DNA from: Octopus sinensis
Lineage: Eukaryota
DNA length: 64,000 bases
Assembly (NCBI RefSeq): GCF_006345805.1
Contig: NC_043013.1
Location: 11,408,001 to 11,472,000 of the forward strand
Direction: 5' to 3'
The notes beneath the pieces are model-generated. The model did no database searches. It worked only from the letters and a program-made list of their open reading frames with translations, and was not told the origin of the DNA. The translations under genes and the position numbers were made by a program. The stretch's first letter is position 1. Every line of letters begins with the position of its first letter. Positions 39,736 through 53,013 of the stretch are shown here, one piece after another.

Positions 39736-40142
39736 TAATAATAATAATAATATAATAATGATAATAATAGTAATAATGATGATGATGATGAGAGGAACAG
39801 GCCACATCTTATGAAAGACACTATCAATCCAATAATACAACCTATACAAAACAACCCTCAAATATACTACACACTCTATACTGTAATTACCCAGTTAAAT
39901 GAACTTCCACCAGTAAGCTGGATAATCAATGCATTACACATTCAACGCACAATACAAGGAGCAACATAACAAAAGATTGCACTACACCTCAAGAGGAAAA
40001 AAAAACTAACACAATGCTTGACCCCCCCCCCACCACCACCACCAACAACAACAACATGGAATTGTAGCTGGTGATGCAATAGAAATTTACCTCTATCTAC
40101 TAAATGTTGAACAGTTATATAATGATATATGATAATAATAAT

Positions 40143-40360
40143 AATCCTTTCTACTATAGGCACAATACCTGAAATTTGGGTGGAGGGGGTCTAGTCGATA
40201 ACATTGACACCCAGGGTTCCACTAGTACAAAATTTATCGACCCTGAAATGATAAAAGGCAAAGTCGATCTCGGCGATATTTGATCTCAGAACGTAGCAAC
40301 AAATGTAATACTGCTAAGCATTTCGTCCTCCGTGCTAACGATCCTGCCAGCTCGCCGCCT
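40143..40360 (-). mobile_element. SINE family B, full length; a further partial copy lies at 40419-40522
   Basis: AATCCTTTCTACTATAGGCACAA...AATTTATCGACCCTGAAATGATAAAAGGCAAAGTCGATCTCGGCG...GCTAACGATCCTGCCAGCTCGCCGCCT. Confidence 0.9.
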
Positions 40361-40361
40361 C

Positions 40362-40421
<60 letters not shown>

Positions 40422-40886
40422 GCCTGGAATTTTGTGAGAAGGGATTACATGAACCTCAGTATTAAGACGGCACTATTTTATCGACCACGAAGAATGAATT
40501 GAAAAGTCGATCTCGGCGGAATACTAATAATAATAATCATGATGATGATGATGATGAAGATGTTGGTGATTGTGATGATGATGATAAGAAGAAGAGGAAA
40601 GCAAGAAGAAAAAGTAAACCAGAAACAACAACGAAACTAAGAAGCTCAAGGAGAATGATGATGATGACGATGATGATGATGATGATGATTATCGTCATCA
40701 TTATAACGAATATAATGATGATGATGGTGATGATGATTAAAGAGATAAAGAAGGTGTTATGGCGTTGGTCATGATTGTGAAGATACGTAGAAGAAATATG
40801 CAAGAGACAATGGGAAAATGAAAGATATAGTAATAACGCTGCCAAAAGTATCAAAGACATCTGAAATGGTTTCTTTTGTTATCATG

Positions 40887-40932
<46 letters not shown>

Positions 40933-41650
40933 TATATTATATATATATATATGAATGTTTATAACATTTTATATAACTATAATTGTGTAGATTTCTGTAT
41001 GTGTATGTATTTATATATATATATATATGTATATATATGCGTATACAAGCATGAATAGTCGAATATATATGAATCCACACGCTCAGATAGGAACGTACTG
41101 CATCTTGGGCACGCACATGCTCACGCTCACGGACCGAAATAAATGCAATATACTTAGATATGACCATGTAAGTGTATTTATACATATGTCCATATCTCTC
41201 CTTATATACTATATTTGTGTGCGTGTGTGTTCTTGTCTTTGTCTGACCCTGTTTGTGTGTGTGAGTGTGTGTATGTGTATTATATTTATATATATATATA
41301 TATATGTGTGTGTGTTTTTGTGTGTGTAGATACATACAGTTCAATATACACGCAAATATGTATTCATACATGCTTACACACACACACACACACGTATGTA
41401 TATGTACATATGTATTTGTATGCATGTGTATAATCAAACAGATGCTTCACTAATAGACGATAATGGTAACAGGAGGAACCAATACATGTCTGCGACTCAT
41501 CGATGCGATAACAAAAAGTAAATGAGCAACTTGCCAAAGTTGGAAACGTACCGAATGTTATTAGCAAAGACGCGGATGGAGATGGGGATAGGCAGAGAGC
41601 AAAGAAGCAACTCAAGTACAAAAGATTATAAAAGACTAATGCCAAATATA

Positions 41651-41698
<48 letters not shown>

Positions 41699-41710
41699 TA
41701 TATACATTAA

Positions 41711-41752
<42 letters not shown>

Positions 41753-41837
41753 AATATATATATATATAATATTATATGAAATATCATTCAATCCATTACT
41801 TCTTTTTCATCGGTTTCTTTGTGTCTCAATACTCTCT

Positions 41838-41875
<38 letters not shown>

Positions 41876-42273
41876 GTGCTTTCCTCATTTGGTCTCAATC
41901 TCTCTTTCTTATTCTATCTATCTGTCTATCTGTTTGTTTTCCTTTCTCTCTCTCTGTCTCTCTGTCTCTCTCTCTCGCTCTTGAGGATTCTCCCTTCAAC
42001 ACTTTTACTCTCTCTCACCCTCACTTTGTGTGTGCTTCTCTGAATATCAGGTGTGCATACATTCGTAGGCTTATGTATATATGATTGTGTGTGTGTATGT
42101 GTAAAAAATATATCCATATGTATACATATAAATGCATATACATATATATATATATATATGTATACATATATGAGTATTTCTTATATGGCTCAATATCTCT
42201 CTCTCTCTCTCTCTCTCTTTTTCTCTTTATATATATGTATATGTACATGTATATGTATAAGTATATGTATATG

Positions 42274-42319
<46 letters not shown>

Positions 42320-42751
42320 TGTATATATATAAATGTATATATGTGCATATGTGCATGTCTATGTATGAATGTATGTACATACGTTCCCATGTATGCATTC
42401 TATCATCATAATGTTTTCATTCGGTTGAGATCTTCTGATTGATTTTTGAAATACTTCCAATCAATATTTTAAGTTAACCCTCATTAAAAAAAAATAATAA
42501 CTACAACAAAGAAAAAAGACAAACAATTGTCACAGTCATCACCTACGTGTTTGATCATTTGTTGAGGTTAGTATTTCGTCATACACACAAGCACATACAC
42601 ACACACACACACACACAAACAGGTGCACATACCTACACATACACAACATATATCCGTGTTTGTGATATCTATTGAGGAATGCGTTTTCATGTCCGAGTAC
42701 ATTTATAAAATTTCATATGCGTGACATATAAGCATATAACTATAGACGTAT

Positions 42752-42796
<45 letters not shown>

Positions 42797-42803
42797 AATA
42801 TAT

Positions 42804-42838
<35 letters not shown>

Positions 42839-43290
42839 ATATAAATATATATATATTATGTTATATATATATATATATATATATATACAGTATAACATAT
42901 ATATATATATTTACATATATATATATTATATATATATAACTTTATACATATATAGATAGTATCTATATATATGCATGTGTGTGCGTGAGTGTATGTACGT
43001 ATCAGTGTGTGTGTATGTGTGCGCAGCTTCCATTGATAGTCGGATGTAGTTTTATGCCTATTGTAGTATGTCTAGCATATGTCGGTTTTTGTAATTAGAT
43101 TGTTTAAGCGAGACAACGGTACCTTGTAGATATGGTGATATTCAATATAGGCAAACACTCACACATACACGCATCAACACGTACCCGTCATTCAGAGACA
43201 TACACACAGGTAAGTATACATACATACATACATATATACATACATACATGTATATATATATACATATATATATATGCATACATACATACA

Positions 43291-43326
<36 letters not shown>

Positions 43327-43543
43327 TATATAGTTATATAAATAGATAGATCGATTGATAGACACACAGACATATATATATATATATGTATGCGTATATA
43401 AATGTATATATATATATGTGTCTATATGTAAATATATGTGCATGTGTGTGTATGAGTGTCTTTTTTGTGTGTTTGTATATATATATATATATATGTATAT
43501 GTATATATGTGTGTGTGTGTGTTTGCATATTATATATATATGT

Positions 43544-43586
<43 letters not shown>

Positions 43587-43889
43587 ACACATAAATATAT
43601 ATCTGTAAATATAGAGACTAATTCGTACATATACATACATATATATACATATACGTGTATATACAGATGCGTCTGTGTATATATATATTTAGATAAACAT
43701 TATATATAATCGCACGCACAAAAACATGCACATACACACACACGCACACACATACACATAAGCATATTTGTACTTCTATTTTCTTTGTTGAAATTCGTTG
43801 TCTCAGCCTTTATATATTCTTCAACCGAATGCCAGTCAATTCACTTCTCATTAAATCCATCCTTGCCCCTAAATTTTGACTGTGTCGTA

Positions 43890-43904
43890 TCGGTAGTAGT
43901 AGTT

Positions 43905-43944
<40 letters not shown>

Positions 43945-44150
43945 CAGCAGCAGTTGTAATAGTTGTAGTTACAGTAGTAGTAGTAGTAGTTTTAGTGGTA
44001 GTAGTAGTATTAGTATTAGTAGTAGTAGTAGTAGTAATAGTATTAGTATTAGTGTTATTATTATTATTATTATTAGTAGTAGTAGTAGTAGCAGCAGCAG
44101 TTGTAATAGTAGTAGTTGCAGTAGTAGTAGTAGTATTAGTAGTAGTAGTG

Positions 44151-44233
<83 letters not shown>

Positions 44234-44235
44234 TA
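43890..44235 (+). repeat. Compound (GTA)n/(TTA)n/(GCA)n microsatellite with an internal higher-order duplication
   Basis: GTAGCAGCAGCAGTTGTAATAGT occurs twice (near 43941 and near 44088). Confidence 0.95.
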
Positions 44236-44429
44236 ATCAGTAGTTGGGTTGTGTTTGTAGTGATCGTAGTTAAAGTCACATCAGCTGAGTACATAGATTA
44301 ACTAAAAATACAAGTGGTAATTTCCGTTTAAAAAAGGCTTGGAGTATGGGAAAAAAACATCATTCTATTCCTATTCTTCATCATCATAATCGCACTCGTC
44401 ATCGTCTTCCCCGTCTTCGTCACTGTTTT

Positions 44430-44579
44430 CATCGTCGTCATGGTCATCGTCGTCGTTGTCATCAACTTCATTATTATCTTCATTATCATCTTCATCGTAA
44501 TCACCATCCTTGTTTCGTCGTCGACGTCGTCGTCTTCATCGTTATCATCATCATCATCATCAACATCAACATCAACATT

Positions 44580-44623
<44 letters not shown>

Positions 44624-44819
44624 TATCATCATCATCATCATCATCGTTATCATCATCATCATCATCATCATCATCATTATCATCATCACCGTCATCACCA
44701 CCACCATCATCATCATCATCATCACCACCATCACCATCACCATTATCATGATCATCATCATCGTCATCATCATCATGATCATCATCAACATCATGATCAT
44801 AATCCTCATCATCATCATC

Positions 44820-44851
<32 letters not shown>

Positions 44852-44875
44852 CATCATCACCATCATCACCATCAA

Positions 44876-44910
<35 letters not shown>

Positions 44911-45017
44911 CCATCATCCCCATCATGATCATGATCATGATCATCATCATCATCATCATCATCAACATCATGATCATCCTCATCATCATCATCATATCCT
45001 CCTCCTCCTCCTCCTCC

Positions 45018-45048
<31 letters not shown>

Positions 45049-45066
45049 AATCATCATCATCATCAT
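44430..45066 (+). repeat. Long degenerate (CAT)n microsatellite with CAC/CGT/CCT variants
   Basis: Directly visible; source of the poly-H, poly-S, poly-I and poly-M ORFs. Confidence 0.97.
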
Positions 45067-45123
45067 CCCTACCACAACAACAACCGACTTGAATGTCATC
45101 GACGTGCTTACGAGAGAAAAAGA

Positions 45124-45167
<44 letters not shown>

Positions 45168-45504
45168 CGATAGGAAATCGAAAGAGAGTGGCACACAACG
45201 GTTGATAGCAGTTGCATATGTTATCTCATAACGGTTTGACACAAATGCAGATACTAACTTGCAAGGACAGTTTCGTTATACGAGGCTGTGAAGCTAAGCT
45301 CCACGAGATGAGTCAACCTGATATGTGCATACATTCATATATTTATGTGTATGTACATATGTATATATATATATATATATATTTATATAAATATGTATGT
45401 ATATATGTATATGTATATGTATATATGTAAATGTATATATATATGTGTATATATATTTACATATTTACATATATATATGTAAGTTCATATATGTATGATA
45501 TTTA

Positions 45505-45543
<39 letters not shown>

Positions 45544-45759
45544 ATATGCGTGTGAGCGATTGCGTCCGTGTGTATGATTGTGTGCATGCATGCATGTATA
45601 TATGCCTGTAATTCCGAGGAAAAAAAAGAAACTTGAAATGAGCTGAAATATGTCTTTAAGTTATTTACTTGAGACAGTAACAGGTTTTCGCTGCTGGTGC
45701 CTCATAGAGAGCAATATTCTCGTTTAACAAGAAAAGGTATTTAAGCACTACAATCACGT

Positions 45760-46539
45760 ACTGAAACAATAGAACAAGAATTGAAACCACTAGTAGAGCG
45801 CCTCGACAATTCTTCCTATGAATTTGGCTCGGAGATATGCGCATATAAAGCAAGAGTTATGACATACTATCCCAATGGAATCAGTACCCACATAAGCGTC
45901 AGTAGAGTTCAGCATGAACAAGTTCAAGACTTAAATACCTTGGGATGAAAGTGAGTGACTAAGGTTCCAAGCCTGAAGTGATATCCCGCATTGCCAAAAC
46001 AACAGCATCAATGACCAAATTCAGAACACTGTGGAAGAAAGAGAAATATGTCATTCATCTCCAAAATTAGTTTAATGATACCAACAATGATTTCAATATT
46101 CTTCTACACCTGTGAGACATGGACATACGGAAGAAATAGATAGAATAATTCAAGCTACAGTGATGAAATGTTTGAGGAGTTTTGAGGGAATACCGTGGAG
46201 ATCGTTTCACAGATGAGGAAATTGCAATAAGAATAAGGCAAGCAATGGGTCCTTATGAGGAACTTCTTGCCGCAGTAAAAAAACGCAGGCTCAGATGGTT
46301 TGTGTATGTTACTCGCTCATCAGGGCTGGCCAAAACAATCTTTCTGGGAACAGTCAACGGTGGAAGACGTGGAAGTAGACGAAGAAAGAGGTGGGGAAGA
46401 AACATTTGTGAGTGGACAGGCCTAAAGATGAGGGACGCAAGAGACAAACGCCAGAGATGGGTGGAGGGATCTGGTGCAAAGTCAGCAGTGGTGACCCAAC
46501 GATCAACCAGACTACGGAATGTGTAATGTAATGTAATGT
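45760..46539 (+). mobile_element. RTE-clade (BovB-like) LINE, 3' half with (TGTAA)3 tail, degraded
   Basis: EQELKPLVERLDNSSYEFGSEI...KYLG...GSKPEVISRIAKTTASMTKFRTLW...SKISLM..IFFYTCETWT...GPYEELLAAVKKRRLRWFVYVTRSSGLAKTIFLGTVNGGRRGSRRRKRW...NICEWTGL, all RTE ORF C-terminal motifs. The TGTAA x3 tail is at 46522-46539. Confidence 0.92.
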
Positions 46540-46904
46540 TATTTTGAAGTCCTTTCATCTAATCTGTATTGGTGTCAAACCGTTTCATCTATTCCGTACC
46601 AGACACCAGAGTTATCTCGCCTTTTCTCTGGAGTCTAAGCAAAATAAAAGGTTCCAAATGCTCTTGTCACACCAATAAGGAGCGCTCCGAGCTTACTATA
46701 GTGCTTTAACATCTTTTTGTCTGATACGAGAAGTATTACACCACTGCAAATGACATGTTTAAATAATTCTCTCACGTAATTCAACTGGTCTTAAATTTAT
46801 ATATATGTGAAAGTTGTTTTGACTGCAACAGATGTTGATACATAACTCAGCCTTTCTATACAGCTATTTAATCTATATTACATGTAGTTAATATCCTATC
46901 TATT

Positions 46905-46985
46905 TCTTCTTTACTTGTTTCAGGCGTTAGAGTGGGGCCATGCTGGGGAACCACTTGGAGAATTTTAAGTCGAATGAATCGAGCT
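46905..46985 (-). mobile_element. SINE family A tail fragment; another lies at 47660-47730
   Basis: TTTACTTGTTTCAG...GGCCATGCTGGGG.ACCAC...AAGTCGAATGAATCGA. Confidence 0.6.
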
Positions 46986-47884
46986 GTGTATTTATGTACG
47001 AAGGTGTAAAATAAAAATAAAGCAAACATTGGTTGACATTTTTAATAACTTTCAGATTCTTTTAACGAATATATATGAATGAATGAAGCATGGAAAGAAA
47101 GGGAAAACGGGTATCGGAGACGAAAAAAGTGGACGGAGTTCTTCTGAAAGCCAAGGAAGAAATACGCACAATGTCGCTTGACATGCTAGAAATAGAGATC
47201 AAATAATTTTGGAATAATATTCTGCTATCTTTTTAAGCAAATAAATATAAGAACCCGATAAATAATGTATTCCGATGTGAGACAAAAGACAATGCCCGGA
47301 AAGAATTAAAACGATATGGTCACAGCTGGAACGCTTTTAGTTGTAGGTCTCTCCGGTCACGTCTAACCTGTGTTTAAATAACAACAGTACGAGAAGCAAC
47401 AGCGCCAACACCATCAACAGAAAACCACCTATAAAACAACGTTATGTTTATCGCGAACTCTCTACATACGCAGCAATTTGGTTATATCTAATTTATCAAT
47501 TAGCTATTCATCATTCACTTCCTTGCCATTAACATATCCCAGAAGATGGCTTCATTGTTAGAATTGGCTAAATCACTCAGTTGGAATTAGTCATCAATTC
47601 TGTTGGTTCTCTAATGGAAATGTTTAAATATTCTGTTATAATTATTCTGGTATTATTTTACCGGTTTCACTTGTTGGAATGCGACCATGCTGGGGCAGAG
47701 TCTTCAAGGCTTTTCAGTCGATTCTACGGACTAATTATGATTTGTGTAGTTTATATACTATCGAGGCATAAAATAAACCGCACTTTAAAAGAGGAATGAA
47801 ATACCACAAGGCATTTTCGATCGACACGATGAGTTAGATAAAATACGCAAGAAACACGTTACTTAATTTCACGTACATACATCC

Positions 47885-48140
<256 letters not shown>

Positions 48141-48214
48141 GTGAGTATGTTGTGTGTATACTTCCATGTTCACGTATTTCTACGTACACGCGCACGCTCA
48201 TGAGTTTAGCAGAA

Positions 48215-48360
48215 CAAGGTTGAAAAAATAATACTCGAATACCGAAGGTACAGTAATATGATCTTTTATTAAAACTGCAAAAACATCACAAAAGACTATG
48301 ATTTAGGGTTTCACATTCCCGTTCGTCGGACACCCGTGATCAAGACTGGAATTAAATTGT
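48215..48360 (-). mobile_element. Probable Penelope-like element terminal fragment with a degenerate hammerhead-like motif
   Basis: The minus strand reads ATCACGGGTGT-CCGACGA-ACGGGAATGT-GAAAC-CCTAAATCATA-GTC-TTTTGTGAT...AATAAAA (polyA-signal-like). The family assignment is inferred. Confidence 0.45.
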
Positions 48361-48469
48361 GATGAGACGTGTAATCTTCACAAATTTATGAAACTCTGAG
48401 TCACAGTTTGTGTACACGTAAGCTGATTCCATCCATCAAATCGATATTTATCTGTAGAGGTGCACCGTG

Positions 48470-48609
48470 TATCACATGTCAGATGACGAAATGATTGCAG
48501 AGCAACGCGAAATGAAGTGCTTTGCTCAGGAACACAGTGCAACACCCGGTCTGGGAATCGAAACTGTGATCTCGTAATCGTGTATAGAACACTCTAACCA
48601 CTAAGCCAT
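48470..48609 (-). mobile_element. SINE family C head plus CORE-like domain
   Basis: Minus strand ATGGCTTAGTGGTTAGAGTGTT...GTTTCGATTCCCAGACCGGGTG...TGTGTTCCTGAGCAAAGCACTTCATTTCGCGTTGCTC. Confidence 0.85.
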
Positions 48610-48619
48610 ATTTATATAG

Positions 48620-48727
48620 ACATAACAGTAGTAGTCGTAGATCTTTTTGTATGCAGACGAAATAATATATATATATATATATTATTTCGTCTGCATACAA
48701 AAAGATCTACGACTACTACTGTTATGT
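48620..48727. repeat. Perfect 108-bp palindrome (spacer-less inverted repeat) centred on (TA)n
   Basis: ACATAACAGTAGTAGTCGTAGATCTTTTTGTATGCAGACGAAATAA-(TA)8-TTATTTCGTCTGCATACAAAAAGATCTACGACTACTACTGTTATGT; I checked the pairing base by base about the axis 48673/48674. Confidence 0.97.
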
Positions 48728-49239
48728 TTATAGTTCTACATTAATTATAATATCATGCTTCCAGTAGAGCTGATAAATAGCTCTTATACTTAGTAGTATT
48801 ACTAGTTACGAAAAACCGGGCAAATGTAAAGTTAAGACCACCAAAGTAAGTTTCACCATTATGGTTATTGTACGATGTAATATAATAAAATGCTTTCTCA
48901 CGTTCTGTTCCGGTTAAGTACCAATATTCACCTGGATGCGCCAATGCAATGTTTCAATAGCCATAAGCGTGAAACGGACGTAGAGCTAATTATATTAACT
49001 TGCGGTTATCTTAAATACTCCCTTAATCACACATATACGTATATATATGTATATTTATGTATGTGTTTATGTTATGTTAGTCACTCACCGCTTAACAGCT
49101 GTTGTTAACAAGTTTACGTTCCCATAACTTAGGAGTTCGTTTGATTAAGTACCAGAATTTAAAATATACAATAGAAGGGTCCATTCATGCGACTAAGCCT
49201 GAGCCACTTTCTCCGATTTAAATTTCTTAACTTTACAGC

Positions 49240-49600
49240 CTTTTTGCCGCCATGCTAGAGCATCGCTCTACATGGTTCCGGTCGCAGAAATCGACCCAGG
49301 ACCTTATTCTTTGTCAGCCTAGTACTTATTCTATCGGCTACTTTACCGAACTGCTTAGTTGTGGGAACATAAACACCCCAGCATCGGTTGCAATGCGATG
49401 GAACTGGAGGTGGACAAACACGGATACACACATAAATGCATACATATATACGACGAGCTTCTTTCAGTTTCCATCTACTAAATCCACTCACGAAGCTTTG
49501 ATTGACTCGAGCCTATAGTAGAAACACTTGCCCTGGATGCTACGCAGTGGGACTGATTGAGAAACATCTTTCTTACCACACAGCAACGCTTGGGCCTGCA
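49240..49600 (-). mobile_element. SINE family A, near full length
   Basis: GCCATGCTAGAGCATCGC...AATCGACCCAGGACCTTATTCTTTGT.AGCCTAGTACTTATTCTATCGG...CTTCTTTCAGTTTCCATCTACTAAATCCACTCAC...ACGCAGTGGGACTGA...TTCTTACCACACAGC. Confidence 0.9.
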
Positions 49601-50593
49601 GATTTCACACCTAGTTCTAGACAGCCATCATAATATAATAAAAATAGATTTACAATGTATTAGTTGTATTAAAAAATATAACAAAGAATTATTAATAGCT
49701 AATATATATCAATGAAATTTTCCATAAACTGCGAGCATATAGACTCACTCGCTCTCTCTTTCTCTCTCTCCCTCACTTTCTCTCTCACATCCTTTTCTCC
49801 TCCGTAATATTTCACTTCTATATGGTGTGTAGAGCCGCAATAGAATTTTCACAGACACTCCAACACCAATTTTCTGCCATCTCTTCTCTGTCACTCCTTA
49901 CCACCACTAACTCCCTCCCGCACTTTACTGTACGCTTCCAGTCACAGATTTTCTTAGTCTCCCTGTTTTTTGTTTGTTTGTTTTTTGTTACATGCCTCCC
50001 AGCTAAATAGATTCTGAACTAAAACTTCCATATCAGTTACAAACATGTCGCTACTATCCCTAAAGTACAAATCCTACAAAGTTGTCAATCACTGTGAAAT
50101 TACTCGATTTCTTCATTTTTATTTCAGTGTTTGTAACATTATTTCTCTAACCACCTCACTTCTGTTATTATTTGTAAGGTTTTTTCTTCCAATGCTAAGA
50201 ATTTAGCATAAGATCTTGGCATAGTTTCACAACAAATATTATGGTACAATGCCAAGTTCAAGGCCCATAAAGTAATATACATTTCACCAAGGTTTAATAA
50301 ATCTTTACTTCAGCGTGGCTCGGGCGATATTTAAACAGCCCTAAGAATTTTGTTAAATCTATAATCTGCTTTTATTATTATTATTGTTATTATTATTGAG
50401 TGACACCCAAACACTCTGAAATGTTCGTGTTGGAGCTTTCAGCGCGAATGCAAAGCAATGCAGCTTGTCGTTTTCAAATCTTTGGCAGAGTGAATTGCAT
50501 CATTGTGACGTCCTTCTAAACAGACAGTGCCCAACTGACCCTACCATACTGTGTAATCGTCAAAATCACAAGCGAACAATGCACGTGCGCGAA

Positions 50594-51634
50594 GTATCGA
50601 CTCTGAAAAGATAAAAGGTAAAGTCGCCCTCGGCGTAGTTTGAACTCAGAACGTATCGACAGGCGAAATACCGCCAAGCGTTTTGTCGGACATGCTAGCG
50701 ATTCTGCCAGCTCGACGCCTTACTGAAAGTAATAATGATAATCCTTTCTACTATAGGCACAAAGCCTGAAATTTGGGGTAGGGGTAAGTCGATTATATTG
50801 ACCCCAGTGCTCAACTGGTACATAAACAACGGTGGAGTTTTTAGTTACAGCCTAAAGTCGGAAGAAAGCACGCTAATCTTTTTGTCCGGTGCACAGACTA
50901 TTACGTTTCCTCATCACATTCGGGGAAAAGCAATAAAATCATTTCTACTGTAGACACAAATCCCTAAATTTAAGGGAAGGGGGTCTAGTCGACTACATCG
51001 ATCCTGTGCTTGAATGGTACTTATTTTGTAGACCGCGAAATGATGAAAAGCAAAGTCGATTGAATTAGTTCTCAAAACATAAAACCGGAATATGTGCTGC
51101 AAAGCATTTTTACCGACTTGCTAATGATTTTGCTGGCACGCTGCTATGATAAAATCTGTACCAGATTTTTCCACAATAATCGATTCAAGCACTACCTTGT
51201 TAGCCGGATCGGACGTTAACGACTAAACCATGGTAATGGAATAAGCAATGATACTTTCTACTGTAGGTACAAAGCCTGAAACTTTTGTGGAAGAGGAGTA
51301 GTCGATTACAATGATCCCAGGGCTTCACTGGAATTGAATTTATCGACCCCGAAAGGGTAAAATGCTAAGTCGACCTCGGCGGAATTTGAATTCAGAATGT
51401 AGTGATGGGTGTAAACTCGCTAAGCATTTCTATTTATTTACTACCCACAAGGGGCTAAACACAGAGGGGACAAACAAGGACAGATAAACGGATTAAGTCG
51501 ATTATATCGACCCCAGTGCGTAACTGGTCCTTAATTTATCGACCCCGAAAGGATGAAAGGCAAAGTCGACCTCGGCGGAATTTGAACTCAGAACATTTCG
51601 CCCGGCGTGCTAACGTTTCTGCCAGCTCGCCGCC
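50594..51634 (-). mobile_element. Cluster of five co-oriented SINE family B copies (50594-50722, 50740-50822, 50938-51147, 51250-51430, 51431-51634)
   Basis: Recurrent blocks: TTTCTACT.TAGG.ACAAAGCCTGAAA tails, TATCGACCCCGAAAGG.T.AAA.GC.AAGTCGACCTCGGCGGAATTTGAA cores and TTCTGCCAGCTCG heads. Confidence 0.9.
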
Positions 51635-52246
51635 GTATTGGTATAAGCAGCAATAACCAAAACAAGTAACTGATGCAGCAATTTTTTTTTATAAATTACT
51701 ACAGCAAGTAAAATAAGAGCACCAACGCGATTAAGAGTAACAATGAGCACATGAACAATAAGAACAGCAACATATTAGTCCCGAAATCAGAAGTGGCTGA
51801 AAGTGAACGAGTTACGAATGCAAAGAAACAATGGACGATATAGTAGTGATTACTATATATATAAAAAAAACAAAACAGAGTCAATACTGAGGTATCTATG
51901 ACCAAGAAAGGCACGTTTGGCCTATAAGAGTAAATGAGAAAGAAACGTAATGACAATGTAGAGAAACGTAAAGAGTGCAGATCAGATAAAATGTTATAAG
52001 GTAACCTAAACTTAGCATTGCATGGTGAAATTTTGTGACATCATAGAAGCGTATTACTGGAATAACACATACAGGCCGCATTCCTGAATAGCATTAAGAC
52101 CGATGACAGAACCGGCTATGGGACATATATGCATGAATATATACATACATGTATGTGAGTGTGTGTGTGTGCATGCATGGTATACATACACACACACAAA
52201 CACATTCTTATGAACAAGCACACATGCACACACACACATATATGCC

Positions 52247-52298
<52 letters not shown>

Positions 52299-52670
52299 CT
52301 ATATATATATATACATATGTATATATATGCTTTTGTATGTGTGCGCATAAGTGTTGGGTTGATGGATGTGCTGTGTAAAAGCGTTTGTGAAAAAAAGGGG
52401 TACTAAAGAGATATAAAAAAGACAGATAAGAAAGATAAGAGATAGAGTGACAGATATCAATAACGAATATATTCATGGAGTTATAATACGTATTTATATG
52501 TGCGTTTAGGTATCTATGTCTCTCACTAACTCTCTGTATGTCTGTCCTTCTCTCTCTCCCTCTTTCCATATATATATATATATATATACGTATACCCAAG
52601 ATTACACACACGCACCGCCCACATAGGTATGTAAGCCCATATATATATATAAATATATGTACACAGACAC

Positions 52671-52717
<47 letters not shown>

Positions 52718-52949
52718 CGTTTAGATGAGTGTATATTGGTGTGTGCGCTTATGCGTTATGTGTGGTGGCAGAGGGGGAGCAAGAAATTTGAAAAAGCCCA
52801 TTAGATTTGAGAAAAAATATATCACAACAACAATAACAACGTTATTTTTATACTTACGACAAGAAACATGCACACAGATATATATATATATGTATTTATG
52901 CATGTATATATGTATATGCTTAGGTGTGTATCTATGTATCTATCTATCC

Positions 52950-53013
<64 letters not shown>

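Noticed and set aside
39790-40000. Weak similarity to the Dong C-terminus (QKIAL, GTAHIL)
   Set aside because: Motifs are out of order and too short to support a call by eye.
44346-45217. Long poly-His, poly-Ser, poly-Ile and poly-Met ORFs (up to 238 aa), tempting as a histidine-rich cephalopod structural protein
   Set aside because: They are alternative frames of one (CAT)n microsatellite with no complex flanking coding sequence; known His-rich beak proteins are Gly/His/Ala repeats, not pure His.
47165-47385. Segment that looks like another octopus interspersed repeat
   Set aside because: No second copy in the window and no diagnostic motif; needs a library search.
50594-51634. Regularly recurring ~30-bp conserved blocks that superficially resemble a CRISPR array
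   Set aside because: The blocks are SINE cores with homologous rather than unique spacers; the context is eukaryotic and no cas genes are present.
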